Part shown: piece by piece, positions 35,269 to 44,253 of the stretch
Layout of the letters: each line of letters opens with the position of its first letter
Numbering within the stretch: the stretch's first letter is position 1
Virus record (IMG/VR): IMGVR_UViG_3300031521_000011
Location: 32,001 to 96,000 of that record
Direction: 5' to 3' (one strand)
Source: a virus
DNA length: 64,000 nucleotides
Notes under the pieces: model-generated
Database searches by the model: none
What the model was told of the DNA's origin: nothing
What the model saw: the letters and a program-made list of their open reading frames with translations, nothing else
Position numbers and translations under genes: made by a program

Positions 35269-36318
35269 GTGAGCGAAATGCCATTATCTATGCTCGATGC
35301 TTTGAAAGATATGAAGGTACAGGATGTTTCTCCTGTCAGTGTTGACTCCCCCATGACTAAGTCAAAAATGAGGGGCGCTTTTGCTGCAAAGGTTGAGGCG
35401 TGGGCTAATCAGATTCTGAAGGATTATTTTGGTCACCAAATGGACCTCAATACATTAATTGCAAACATAGCTCAGAAGAACAATCTTTCATCCGAACAGA
35501 TCAGCCGTATCATTGAAGAAGTTAACAGCGAAGTTTACCTCACAGAATATGAGAAGTCAAAAGGCAAGCCGAATCGGGAGGTTAAGTTCGTTATCGCTGA
35601 ACTTCCCAAGATAAAAGACTTGATGGGCAACAACGCTAAAGCAAATCAGCAGCCGGTGAAGGAGCCTGACGTTGGAGGTGTAGAAACTAAAATGGACAAA
35701 AAAGCAAACATGTTTGAGGATGATGGTGACAAATTAAGCTTCCTCAATTACACGACACATGACACATCCGGACTCGCGGAAGACAAGAGAGTTCCACGGG
35801 AAGAGTATCTTCGCAGAACCCTCGCAGATAAAGTAGCGGCGGTTTACAGTGAATACGAAGCAGCTTTCCTTGAACATGGTTCAGACCTTGATTGCATGGC
35901 AGATGCCCTGATTGGGTATGAGAAGTTGGGCCATGATGCAGTTGAGATCTTCACAAAGATCTGCAACGATGCAGAGCTCCAGATCAAGTATCAGTACCCG
36001 ATTATCAAGGCCACCACTGAAAAGATCGCCAGCTTGGTTGAAGAGCGGCACCTGCATGAATCATTCTCCATTAACCTGCAGCCTGTGGATTTCTTGCAGC
36101 AAGAGAAGGGTCTTTCCCTTGGAAAACATTCACTTCTCAAGCAAGCGCGTGAGGATCAGAACAATTCCAACAAGGAACTACCGAATGTGAAGACGAACAA
36201 GAAGCTCATCAAGGGTTACAAGGATCTGGTTCAGATGGCGAAGAAAGTCCAGCAAAGTCAGAGCGCTGTAGAGGCGGCAACAGCGAAAAAAGAAAAGATT
36301 GCATCTATCCTTGAGTAG
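35269..36318 (+). CDS. putative head morphogenesis/core protein
   Basis: follows terL; MDKKAN, DKVAA and LKQAR KxA motifs. Confidence 0.6.
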   Translation: MSEMPLSMLDALKDMKVQDVSPVSVDSPMTKSKMRGAFAAKVEAWANQILKDYFGHQMDLNTLIANIAQKNNLSSEQISRIIEEVNSEVYLTEYEKSKGKPNREVKFVIAELPKIKDLMGNNAKANQQPVKEPDVGGVETKMDKKANMFEDDGDKLSFLNYTTHDTSGLAEDKRVPREEYLRRTLADKVAAVYSEYEAAFLEHGSDLDCMADALIGYEKLGHDAVEIFTKICNDAELQIKYQYPIIKATTEKIASLVEERHLHESFSINLQPVDFLQQEKGLSLGKHSLLKQAREDQNNSNKELPNVKTNKKLIKGYKDLVQMAKKVQQSQSAVEAATAKKEKIASILE

Positions 36319-36329
36319 TTCTTGAGCAG

Positions 36330-36358
36330 TTGCATTTTCCTTTTTTCTGTTGTATCAT
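36330..36358 (+). promoter_or_regulatory. sigmaA-type promoter
   Basis: TTGCAT-17bp-TATCAT. Confidence 0.65.
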
Positions 36359-36413
36359 TGATGAAGTAAAGCAATGTCAATAAAATACCAAAATATCGAG
36401 GAGGAATAAAATC

Positions 36414-37208
36414 ATGGCTGGCAAATATGATGAACTTATCGAAAAGGTAGCTGGCAACATTTTGGCCGAAGCTGCTGAGGAAGATGATCAGGAAGATGAA
36501 GTTGCCGACGAATCTGATGAAGGTGATGAGGGCGACGAAGGCGAATACGAAGACGGCGCTGACGAAGACGGCGACGAGGACGAAGACGGCGACGAAGACG
36601 GTGACGATGAAGACATCAGCGCCGAAGCTGCTGCCATCGACGAAATGGTTATGGAAAAAATCGCGGGCATGGGCGCCGCTGATCGTGCTGCTTTCGCAGC
36701 GAAATATACAGCGCAGGATGCCATGGGCAGGGCAAAGGGTGTTCCCGCATGGGTTCGTGGCGGCGGTGTTAAGAGGACTGCTGGAAAGTATAAGGATGCT
36801 CTTCTTGGCAAGACCAAGGATGACATGGGCCGCACACTCGGCGAATACAAGGCAATAGCCAAGCAGACCAAGGCTGACCATCTGGCGAAGGCCCGCCCCA
36901 GAGCTGCCAAAGAGTCCCAGAAGAAAATGAATGAAAACTTCATCAACCCCCTTCGCAAGAAGGTTTGGGGCGCTCGCGGAGCTACTGCTGCAGCCGCAGC
37001 CGGCATCGGTGGTGGCACATATGCCGCTATCGCTGGATCCAAGAAAAAGCACAACAAGACCGCCAGTGAAATAGTGGGCCGCCTTGAGCAGTACCTGGAA
37101 GAGTCTGAAATGATGAAGCAGGCTGCCGATGAAGTCATGAACGAAGCAGCTGTCATCGAAGATGCGGTCCTGAAGGTCGCCATGGACCTGGGTCTCTTTG
37201 ACGAATAA
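36414..37208 (+). CDS. putative internal head protein with acidic N/C segments and basic core
   Basis: D/E tract; EKVAG, EKIAG, NKTAS and MKQAA motifs; GAGGAGG RBS. Confidence 0.7.
   Translation: MAGKYDELIEKVAGNILAEAAEEDDQEDEVADESDEGDEGDEGEYEDGADEDGDEDEDGDEDGDDEDISAEAAAIDEMVMEKIAGMGAADRAAFAAKYTAQDAMGRAKGVPAWVRGGGVKRTAGKYKDALLGKTKDDMGRTLGEYKAIAKQTKADHLAKARPRAAKESQKKMNENFINPLRKKVWGARGATAAAAAGIGGGTYAAIAGSKKKHNKTASEIVGRLEQYLEESEMMKQAADEVMNEAAVIEDAVLKVAMDLGLFDE
36530..36612 (+). repeat. imperfect GACGAAGACGGC tandem repeats encoding a D/E/G tract
   Basis: repeated gacgaagacggc units. Confidence 0.6.
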
Positions 37209-37243
37209 TCCAGGCATATAGGTTATCAGCAGAATTCCTTTCT

Positions 37244-37277
37244 GAAAGGCGTTCCTTCTTAGGAGGGGACGCCTTTC
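37244..37277 (+). terminator. stem-loop after 36414..37208
   Basis: GAAAGGCGTTCCTTC/GAGGGGACGCCTTTC stem with G-U pairs. Confidence 0.55.
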
Positions 37278-37287
37278 TAGATAAAAT

Positions 37288-39096
37288 ATGGGGGAAGAAA
37301 TAATGACTCGAGAACTGTTGGATAAACTGAGGCAGGTAGAGAAAATATCTGCACCTGAGGAATATGAGGCGTACTGTGAGGAGATTCTAAAAGAAGCCGG
37401 AGTTGCTGGGAAACTTTTGAACGTCGCTATGTATGCTCCGGCTGGAATTGATGCAGCACAAACTGGTGTATCTAAGGCTAAGAGCATACTGAATAAGCCA
37501 ATCATGGTACCAAGTGTGAGACCAATCGAATCCATGAAGACACCCAATATTATAAAGCAAGCCGCATCTTTTTCTTCATATTCACGCGATAAAGACAAGG
37601 AGCGCGAAGAAAGAGAAAAGGATAAAGAGCTGGGTGTAATGAAGTACCTCCCATTTCTAGTTGGCGGAACAACACTTGGATTGGGCGCAAAAGCTGTGGC
37701 GAATAAAGGTTTTCGGCATGCAGGAAATGTTGCTTTCAAAGGTGCCGTGAAAGGCCTAACCCAAGTAGCCGGAAAACTTCCGCCTGTGAAATGGGCCCTT
37801 AATTCTCTTGAAAATGGTTTCAAGGGAAGCCTAAATCACTTTGAATCCAATATCCAGAAAGGCACCCTCTTGCCAACGAAGAAGTTAAACGATAGAGCCA
37901 GGCAAGCCCTTGCAAACGAAAATGATATTGCATTTAAGATTGCTAAGAAGTGGGGCGAGGATGTTAATAAATATTCCAATAAATACGAACAAAACTTCAA
38001 AGGCGCCTTCGACCAGTGGATGAAATATATTGGAAATGATATCAAAAAAACAAATCCAGAAGCATTCAACGCTAAAAGGGAAGATTTTGCGCGTAGATTT
38101 GCTAAAAACTATACTAAGGAAAATGTAATGCCCAAACCGCCAGATCGTGAAGAACTGCGCAAGGTATCTGAAAAGATGACTGAGGATTTAAAGAATCCAA
38201 AGCCAACTCCACAGAATGACTCCATCCACAATATTATCGGTGGTCTTGGTCAGGGACTTGCCTTCACAACAGGCGCATTTGGCATGCAATTGGCTGCCGA
38301 TGAATATTTCAGACGCAAGGATAATGACGAACTCAGACAAACATTGCGTAAATCCATGAACAAGGATAATTCAAACGATAGATCTGATGATAGGAACTAT
38401 ACTCCAAAGCAACTCGCAAATCGCATCGCTATCAAGCATATGGCCGATAATGACACCCATCGGCACGCAAGCGATGCCGATCTTGAGGCAGAGAAGCTTG
38501 CAAGGTCTCCATGGCATGAGCGCACCAAGATTCGCCAAGCTGTGACCAGATTCGTGAAAAGCCAAGAATTTCAGGATAATATCATTGGCTCTGCCAAACA
38601 GTCCATGATGAATGCAGCGATACCGGCTGGTATCGGTATCGCAATCAACAGGGACCTGAAGGGAGATCTCCATAAACTACGTGATCCGAACGGAAATGCA
38701 AAGCCAGGTCGCATTGTTATCGATATCCCAATTGAAGATAAGATGTCCAAGAGCGCTGCTCTCTCTGACAAAACAAGGGCGATCTTGGACAAGGATGGTC
38801 TGCAAGCCGCCATAAGAGCAGTGCGGGCACGGAAACCTAAAACTATGCCATCGAATCCAACCATCAACAAGTCCAGGGAAGCTCTGAAGGCGGAAGCTTG
38901 GAGAGCTGCAAAAGTTATTGCGTGGACACTCCCTCCGGCGGCCGTTGTTGCTTTAACTGGACGCAATGTACGTGGCAATTTCGAGAAGATGAACAAGCAG
39001 GATAAGCTGCAGCCAATAAAGCCAGGGATGGCCAGGGTGACTATCGAAACTGGTGACAAGCATTATAGCAATAACGATATGCAGCAGATGAGGTGA
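37288..39096 (+). CDS. putative virion polyprotein/internal protein
   Basis: acidic leader ending ILKEAG; IKQAAS, EKLAR and SKSAA motifs; internal duplicated C-terminal module. Confidence 0.65.
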   Translation: MGEEIMTRELLDKLRQVEKISAPEEYEAYCEEILKEAGVAGKLLNVAMYAPAGIDAAQTGVSKAKSILNKPIMVPSVRPIESMKTPNIIKQAASFSSYSRDKDKEREEREKDKELGVMKYLPFLVGGTTLGLGAKAVANKGFRHAGNVAFKGAVKGLTQVAGKLPPVKWALNSLENGFKGSLNHFESNIQKGTLLPTKKLNDRARQALANENDIAFKIAKKWGEDVNKYSNKYEQNFKGAFDQWMKYIGNDIKKTNPEAFNAKREDFARRFAKNYTKENVMPKPPDREELRKVSEKMTEDLKNPKPTPQNDSIHNIIGGLGQGLAFTTGAFGMQLAADEYFRRKDNDELRQTLRKSMNKDNSNDRSDDRNYTPKQLANRIAIKHMADNDTHRHASDADLEAEKLARSPWHERTKIRQAVTRFVKSQEFQDNIIGSAKQSMMNAAIPAGIGIAINRDLKGDLHKLRDPNGNAKPGRIVIDIPIEDKMSKSAALSDKTRAILDKDGLQAAIRAVRARKPKTMPSNPTINKSREALKAEAWRAAKVIAWTLPPAAVVALTGRNVRGNFEKMNKQDKLQPIKPGMARVTIETGDKHYSNNDMQQMR

Positions 39097-39100
39097 AAAC

Positions 39101-39361
39101 ATGGCCGGGACTCAAGCAAATAAAATTCTAGGGCCTATCCGCGAGGCGGCCCTATCCCAGAAGACAATCATACTCGAATACCGTGATGCCGATGGCAAGG
39201 TAACACAGCGGGAGGCGGAGCCTTACGAAATCAACGACAAGGGGCTCTATGCCTTTGCTTTGAATCGTGATGCGATTCGACTGTTCAAGATCGACAATAT
39301 TATCAGTGTTCGCAACACCGGACATCCTTTCATACCACGGTTCCCAATCAAAATCACATGA
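39101..39361 (+). CDS. stand-alone WYL-domain protein
   Basis: ILEYRDADGKVTQREAEPY...LYAF.L.RDAIRLFKIDNI. Confidence 0.8.
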   Translation: MAGTQANKILGPIREAALSQKTIILEYRDADGKVTQREAEPYEINDKGLYAFALNRDAIRLFKIDNIISVRNTGHPFIPRFPIKIT

Positions 39362-39367
39362 GTTAGT

Positions 39368-39395
39368 TTGCAGTATACAATACTTATGTTATAAT
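39368..39395 (+). promoter_or_regulatory. sigmaA-type promoter with extended -10
   Basis: TTGCAG-16bp-TATAAT with TG. Confidence 0.7.
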
Positions 39396-39417
39396 CGAAG
39401 CGATGGAGGTGGAAATT

Positions 39418-39576
39418 ATGAGTTTACCAAAAGGTGCCGAAGGTCATCCCGGATTCATAGCGTGGAAAGGCAAGACTGCTACCAAGGCTGAGTCAAGCCC
39501 TGAACCTGAAAAGAAAACCGAACCCGATAAGCAGGTGGAAGCCAAAAAGGATCCGCCAGCCGATGAAAAGAAATAA
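39418..39576 (+). CDS. 52-aa charged peptide MSLPKGAEGHPGFIAWKGK... (not in the ORF track)
   Basis: GGAGGT RBS right after the promoter. Confidence 0.65.
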   Translation: MSLPKGAEGHPGFIAWKGKTATKAESSPEPEKKTEPDKQVEAKKDPPADEKK

Positions 39577-39645
39577 CGGATCATCACGCCAAGGAATTGA
39601 ATCCAAGGGGGTGTAGGGCAGGGCTCATGGCCCTGCCCAATTCGC

Positions 39646-41493
39646 ATGAAGCATAGTATTAAAGACGAGGACATCATCAAGAAGTCCGTAGATGAACTCG
39701 AAACCGAATTCGGTTACAGGAACGCTGTTATCGATAAATATGCATTCGATATCACTATCAACCCAGCTACCATAATCGGTAATACGCTGGGTGGTTTAGT
39801 TGGTTCCTCAATTTCAGGCAAAATAAGGGCGAAGAATCAACTTCGCCAAAGTCTGGAAGAGAGTGGACCAGTAATAAGTATGGGGCGTGATCACGTTGAA
39901 GAGGTACAAAATATCTCAAACAACATTGAGATCATTTTTACCCCCATGAGTACACTGTATATGGTGAAACTGGGTACCAGGACTGTAACCCTGGACACCA
40001 TCAATACAGAAGAAATGGACGATGAAATGTACGACGCCTGGAGAAGGCGCGATGCGCAGTATTATAAAAATCTCATGCTGAACAAGATGATGTCTGAGAT
40101 GCAGCTTGTTGAGCAGATGTATGCCCGGCGCTTATTGCAAAAAAAGATGGATCTTGAGAATGCAATCAAGAAAAAGGCATCTGATGATTTTGAACCAGAA
40201 GAAACTGATTCAGAACTTGGAATCAACGAATTTTTCTCAGGCATCGTCTCTCTTAAGGAGGCTTGCGAGAAGAACAGCAAGATCACCGAGTTCTTGATGA
40301 AGGATGCTGATAACGAAGACGAAATGCTTCTCTCATGGGGATTGGATCGCCCGATTGCAAAGTACGCCGGTGCATTATCTGGTGCAATGCATTTCTTTGG
40401 AATGGATACATCCGCGCAAAAAATAAAGGATATCCAGAGCAAGTTTCTGAATCAGGACTATCTCTCAAAACATCTCAAAATTGTTTTCATGCCTGACCGG
40501 GTCATGTTTGTGGTCGATGATATAACGATGACCCAGATTTCCTCCTTAGATATGAACGAGGAGGGAATTAAGAATTTTAGGGAACAGAACCAGACGTATT
40601 TCCGCGCGATGTTCATGCAGCAAGCTAAAAAGGGCATTGCTGAACTAAAGCCCAAAATGGTCATCAGGAAAAAGGCATCACTCTCCGGTGACATATCCGA
40701 GATATTCAAAACCACCGAAGTTCACCCAATGATATATGCGAAGGTGCTTGATAAGAAATACAAGAACTGGACCAGTTACGATCCAGAGGTTCTTATCAGT
40801 GAAATCGAAAGAGACTTCGCCATTGAGGACACAGGCGTCAATGATCTCGTGCTGAACAAGATACTGACCATTCAGGCGCTGCGCAAAAGTGCAATGATGT
40901 TCAGCGATCCCTTATATTTTGAGAAATGTGTGCGCTCATTGACCGACAAGCCGGTTGATTTCGAGAGATGGCAGCCAGACAATACTGGTGAAGAAATCAT
41001 GTGGACACTCCAGATGATGGATTCGCTCACCCCGGGGCAGGATATCTTCGACAATCTCTCAGAAGATGTTGAGGATTATATCATCATGTGCCTGGTCAAC
41101 CAGGAATATCGGACGATGCTGGTAAAGCAGTCAATCATAAATTCAGAATACGAGCGCCAGTTCTTTGAAACTTTAAATGATGATCTTCTTTTAGAGTGGA
41201 ACAAGATGGGGTGCGAAAAAGCCATCAGCGACGCAGAAGTGGATGCCGTCACAGGCACGAATGAAAGCGTTATCGAAGTATCTAAAAAGGTGCTGCAGAT
41301 CATCCGTCAGAACAGCAAGATTGACTTCGCTGACGTTGGCTACATTGTGCAGCAGGCCGGGGACAAGGCGGGCCTGACCCAGATTATCATCAATGCCGTG
41401 AAAAAGAATGTACGGCTGAATCTCGGAGTCGATATGATGATCGATATGAATGATTCCGAGCTTCACGAGCAGACACAGTTATATAACCTGTAA
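39646..41493 (+). CDS. putative head/portal-associated structural protein
   Basis: 615 aa upstream of the portal; DKYAF, KKAS (twice) and AKYAG motifs; internal repeat IIFTP/IVFMP. Confidence 0.65.
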   Translation: MKHSIKDEDIIKKSVDELETEFGYRNAVIDKYAFDITINPATIIGNTLGGLVGSSISGKIRAKNQLRQSLEESGPVISMGRDHVEEVQNISNNIEIIFTPMSTLYMVKLGTRTVTLDTINTEEMDDEMYDAWRRRDAQYYKNLMLNKMMSEMQLVEQMYARRLLQKKMDLENAIKKKASDDFEPEETDSELGINEFFSGIVSLKEACEKNSKITEFLMKDADNEDEMLLSWGLDRPIAKYAGALSGAMHFFGMDTSAQKIKDIQSKFLNQDYLSKHLKIVFMPDRVMFVVDDITMTQISSLDMNEEGIKNFREQNQTYFRAMFMQQAKKGIAELKPKMVIRKKASLSGDISEIFKTTEVHPMIYAKVLDKKYKNWTSYDPEVLISEIERDFAIEDTGVNDLVLNKILTIQALRKSAMMFSDPLYFEKCVRSLTDKPVDFERWQPDNTGEEIMWTLQMMDSLTPGQDIFDNLSEDVEDYIIMCLVNQEYRTMLVKQSIINSEYERQFFETLNDDLLLEWNKMGCEKAISDAEVDAVTGTNESVIEVSKKVLQIIRQNSKIDFADVGYIVQQAGDKAGLTQIIINAVKKNVRLNLGVDMMIDMNDSELHEQTQLYNL

Positions 41494-41507
41494 AGGGGTG
41501 ATTCCTG

Positions 41508-43829
41508 ATGGATGTTAAGGAACCAACATTTAGAGCAATGAGCATGAGGGAATTCTCAGCAATCGATCCTCAAGCAAAATCGATTGTGGATTCTTATGGT
41601 GTGGCTGTACCTAAGTCTGCCGCCAGAGAAGAAGAAGGCATGAGCAAGTTTGCCTCATTCCGTCAGAACCTGGTACAGGACCCATACCCATCGCCATTCC
41701 TAAATCTTTCCGATACTAAAATTCCGAACAAGATGTCAGAGTTGTTTGAGCTCTGCCGTTATTTCTATATGTTCGACCCACTCATCGCCGGCGCCATCAA
41801 TTCTTTGGCGACGTTCCCGGTGACAAACCTATATCTCGATGAGAGCAAGATGGCCGACAAGGCCAAGGTGGGCGCTGATGGAAAGAAGACTGGCGTTAAG
41901 GACGATAGTCCGCAGCTTAAAACATATAAAAAGACGCTGTTTGAAAACATCAACCTCAACAAGTTGCTGATTGAGATCGGCATAGATTATTGGTTGTATG
42001 GCAACTGCTTCATTTTCGGCGAGTTCTGGACCAACCCAGATACCAAACAGAAGGAATGGCGGCATGTCGTGAGACTCGATCCGAGTCGCATGATTATCGA
42101 CCATAACGAAGCCACCCGTGAAATCAAGTATAAATGGATGATCCCTGAGAAAATCAGGCGCATCGTTACAATGAAGAAACCCATGAGCGAGTATGAAAAG
42201 ATACCCGATCTGGTAAAGCGTGCTGTCACAAAGAACGAAGCGCTGGTTATCAACCCAAACAATATTTTCCATTTTAGCCGTCCGACGGACAGTATGGGAG
42301 ATACGGTTTGGGGTACGCCGGTAATTGCTAATGTCATGAAACTTCTGATGTACAGAAACGTCATGAGGCAGGCCCAAGAGGCTATCGCTCGGGAGCATAT
42401 CGTTCCTTTCCGCATATATTACTTCGAGAGAAACGCTCAATCCGATCCGATGGTCAACTGGGGCGGCGTCACAGCTGATTTTGCAGCCGAGTTGAACAAA
42501 TCCTCAAAAGACCCAAATTACAAGGTCATCTCCCCTCTGCCGGTTAATGTATTGAACTTGGGCGGCAATGGCCGGGCGCTGATGCTTACACCGGAAATCG
42601 AGCAGGTCCAGGGTGAGATTCTGGCCGGCATGAACGTACCTAGAGAATTTATCTTTGGTGGAGTTACATGGTCGGGCAGCAGCATCTCCCTGAAGATTCT
42701 CGAAAATCAATTTATAACCTATAGGTTATTAATACAGGGATTCTTGAATTTCCTTGTCAAGAATATGGCCAAGGTACGGAATGAATGGCATTCAGAGGAA
42801 GACAACGATGCAATTCCGTCTATCCATATGCAAGATTTGAAAATGCAGGATGACGTTCAGCAGAAGCAGCTCATCGTTCAGATGAACCAAGCTAACAAAC
42901 TTCCTGATGAGCAGCTCTATAAGGCTATGGACATGGATCCTGAAAAAATTGTCGCAGGTCTTGAGGCTGAGGCAATAAAGAGGATAGAGACAGATAAGAA
43001 AATGCAGATCCTCAGGATTGATGCAAATGAGGAAGTGCAGGAAGCAGATATTACCGCGCAAGTAAAACTAGCTCTCTTCAAGGAGAGATTGAGAATTAAG
43101 ATGTCTCAATCTACAGATGAGGTGGAGCGAAACGTTGCAATGCAGATGTTCGGTATGGGGGCAACTCCACAGCCACAAGTTGACGCAATGGGCAATCCGA
43201 TACCCGGACCGGTAGGGCCCGGGGGAGCGCCGGGAGCGCCGCCGGCAGGCCCGGGTGGAGCTCCGGGTACAGACCCAACAGCGCCGCCCGCCGGCCCTGG
43301 ACAACCAATGGCTCCTACGGTAGCAATGGCAGACGCCGGTGATGTTCAAGACCCTGCCGCTGGAAAAGATAAGGCAAATGTGCCGGACCAAATAGATTCT
43401 GTGAATGTCGGCGACACCAAAGATATTGATGCTGAGATTCAAAGAATCTCAGCCATGCCAGATAAGCAAAGAGCTGCAGCTTTAACTCAACTTCCAGCCG
43501 CGCAACAAAAGGCAATTGCAATGAGGATGGAAGCCATGAAAAGCCGCGAGAATTATGGCAAGGGATATGCAGATGCCCAAGCCCTCGCAGAGCGCATCGT
43601 AGCAATGCCTGAGCGTCAACAGGAGGCTGCGCTGAACACTATCCCTGTACAGATGAGGGATCGTGTCATGGTCTTTGTAGAGCAGCTACAGATGCAACAG
43701 CAGGATGACCAAAAGGCACAGCAAGTACAGCAAGGCCAGGCACAGCAAGGCCAGGGCCCGGCGACAGTTGATATGCGTCCAATGCCTGAACAAAAACCAC
43801 CTCGAAGGAAGAGTTTGAACGGAGGTTGA
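41508..43829 (+). CDS. portal protein with Pro/Gln-rich C-terminal extension
   Basis: FDPLIAGAIN, DYWLYGNCFIF, RLDPSRM, IFHF...VWGTP and EILAGMNVP.EFI.G portal-like motifs. Confidence 0.8.
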   Translation: MDVKEPTFRAMSMREFSAIDPQAKSIVDSYGVAVPKSAAREEEGMSKFASFRQNLVQDPYPSPFLNLSDTKIPNKMSELFELCRYFYMFDPLIAGAINSLATFPVTNLYLDESKMADKAKVGADGKKTGVKDDSPQLKTYKKTLFENINLNKLLIEIGIDYWLYGNCFIFGEFWTNPDTKQKEWRHVVRLDPSRMIIDHNEATREIKYKWMIPEKIRRIVTMKKPMSEYEKIPDLVKRAVTKNEALVINPNNIFHFSRPTDSMGDTVWGTPVIANVMKLLMYRNVMRQAQEAIAREHIVPFRIYYFERNAQSDPMVNWGGVTADFAAELNKSSKDPNYKVISPLPVNVLNLGGNGRALMLTPEIEQVQGEILAGMNVPREFIFGGVTWSGSSISLKILENQFITYRLLIQGFLNFLVKNMAKVRNEWHSEEDNDAIPSIHMQDLKMQDDVQQKQLIVQMNQANKLPDEQLYKAMDMDPEKIVAGLEAEAIKRIETDKKMQILRIDANEEVQEADITAQVKLALFKERLRIKMSQSTDEVERNVAMQMFGMGATPQPQVDAMGNPIPGPVGPGGAPGAPPAGPGGAPGTDPTAPPAGPGQPMAPTVAMADAGDVQDPAAGKDKANVPDQIDSVNVGDTKDIDAEIQRISAMPDKQRAAALTQLPAAQQKAIAMRMEAMKSRENYGKGYADAQALAERIVAMPERQQEAALNTIPVQMRDRVMVFVEQLQMQQQDDQKAQQVQQGQAQQGQGPATVDMRPMPEQKPPRRKSLNGG

Positions 43830-43836
43830 GGCTATT

Positions 43837-44232
43837 ATGGCCAGCCGCTTCCCAAAAAAGAATATAGCGTCCTTCCTATTGCCGGGTGAGGCCGCAAATG
43901 CTGAAGCAATATTGAATAGTGGTAACTGCATAGTTACCACTATTCGTCCGTATGCGAGTTGTCCAGACACATCGGTTATGCTCTATATCGAGTATGACCA
44001 ACTGGTGGAAAATATCACAGAAAATGACCTTCAAATGAATGACAAAAAAAGAAGGGTTCAGTGTTTTAACCTTAACTGGGGTAATAACCTTGGGAATGTA
44101 GATAGAATACTGAACGATCCAGAATGTAACATCATTCATAAGAAGGAGTTTCCTTGTGCAAAGGGCTCGTTTATATTATTATATATGTATTGGGAAGAAC
44201 CCTTTGCAACAGATGATGTAGAACCTTTTTAG
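43837..44232 (+). CDS. small two-repeat protein between the portal and RNAP genes
   Basis: ILN...C.I......C...S...LY..(Y/W) occurs twice. Confidence 0.65.
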   Translation: MASRFPKKNIASFLLPGEAANAEAILNSGNCIVTTIRPYASCPDTSVMLYIEYDQLVENITENDLQMNDKKRRVQCFNLNWGNNLGNVDRILNDPECNIIHKKEFPCAKGSFILLYMYWEEPFATDDVEPF

Positions 44233-44253
44233 TAAGTCGGGAGGAATAGCTTC

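Noticed and set aside
36258-37823. 521-aa minus-strand ORF
   Set aside because: Antisense to well-supported plus-strand genes and spans their intergenic regions; no RBS or domain signal
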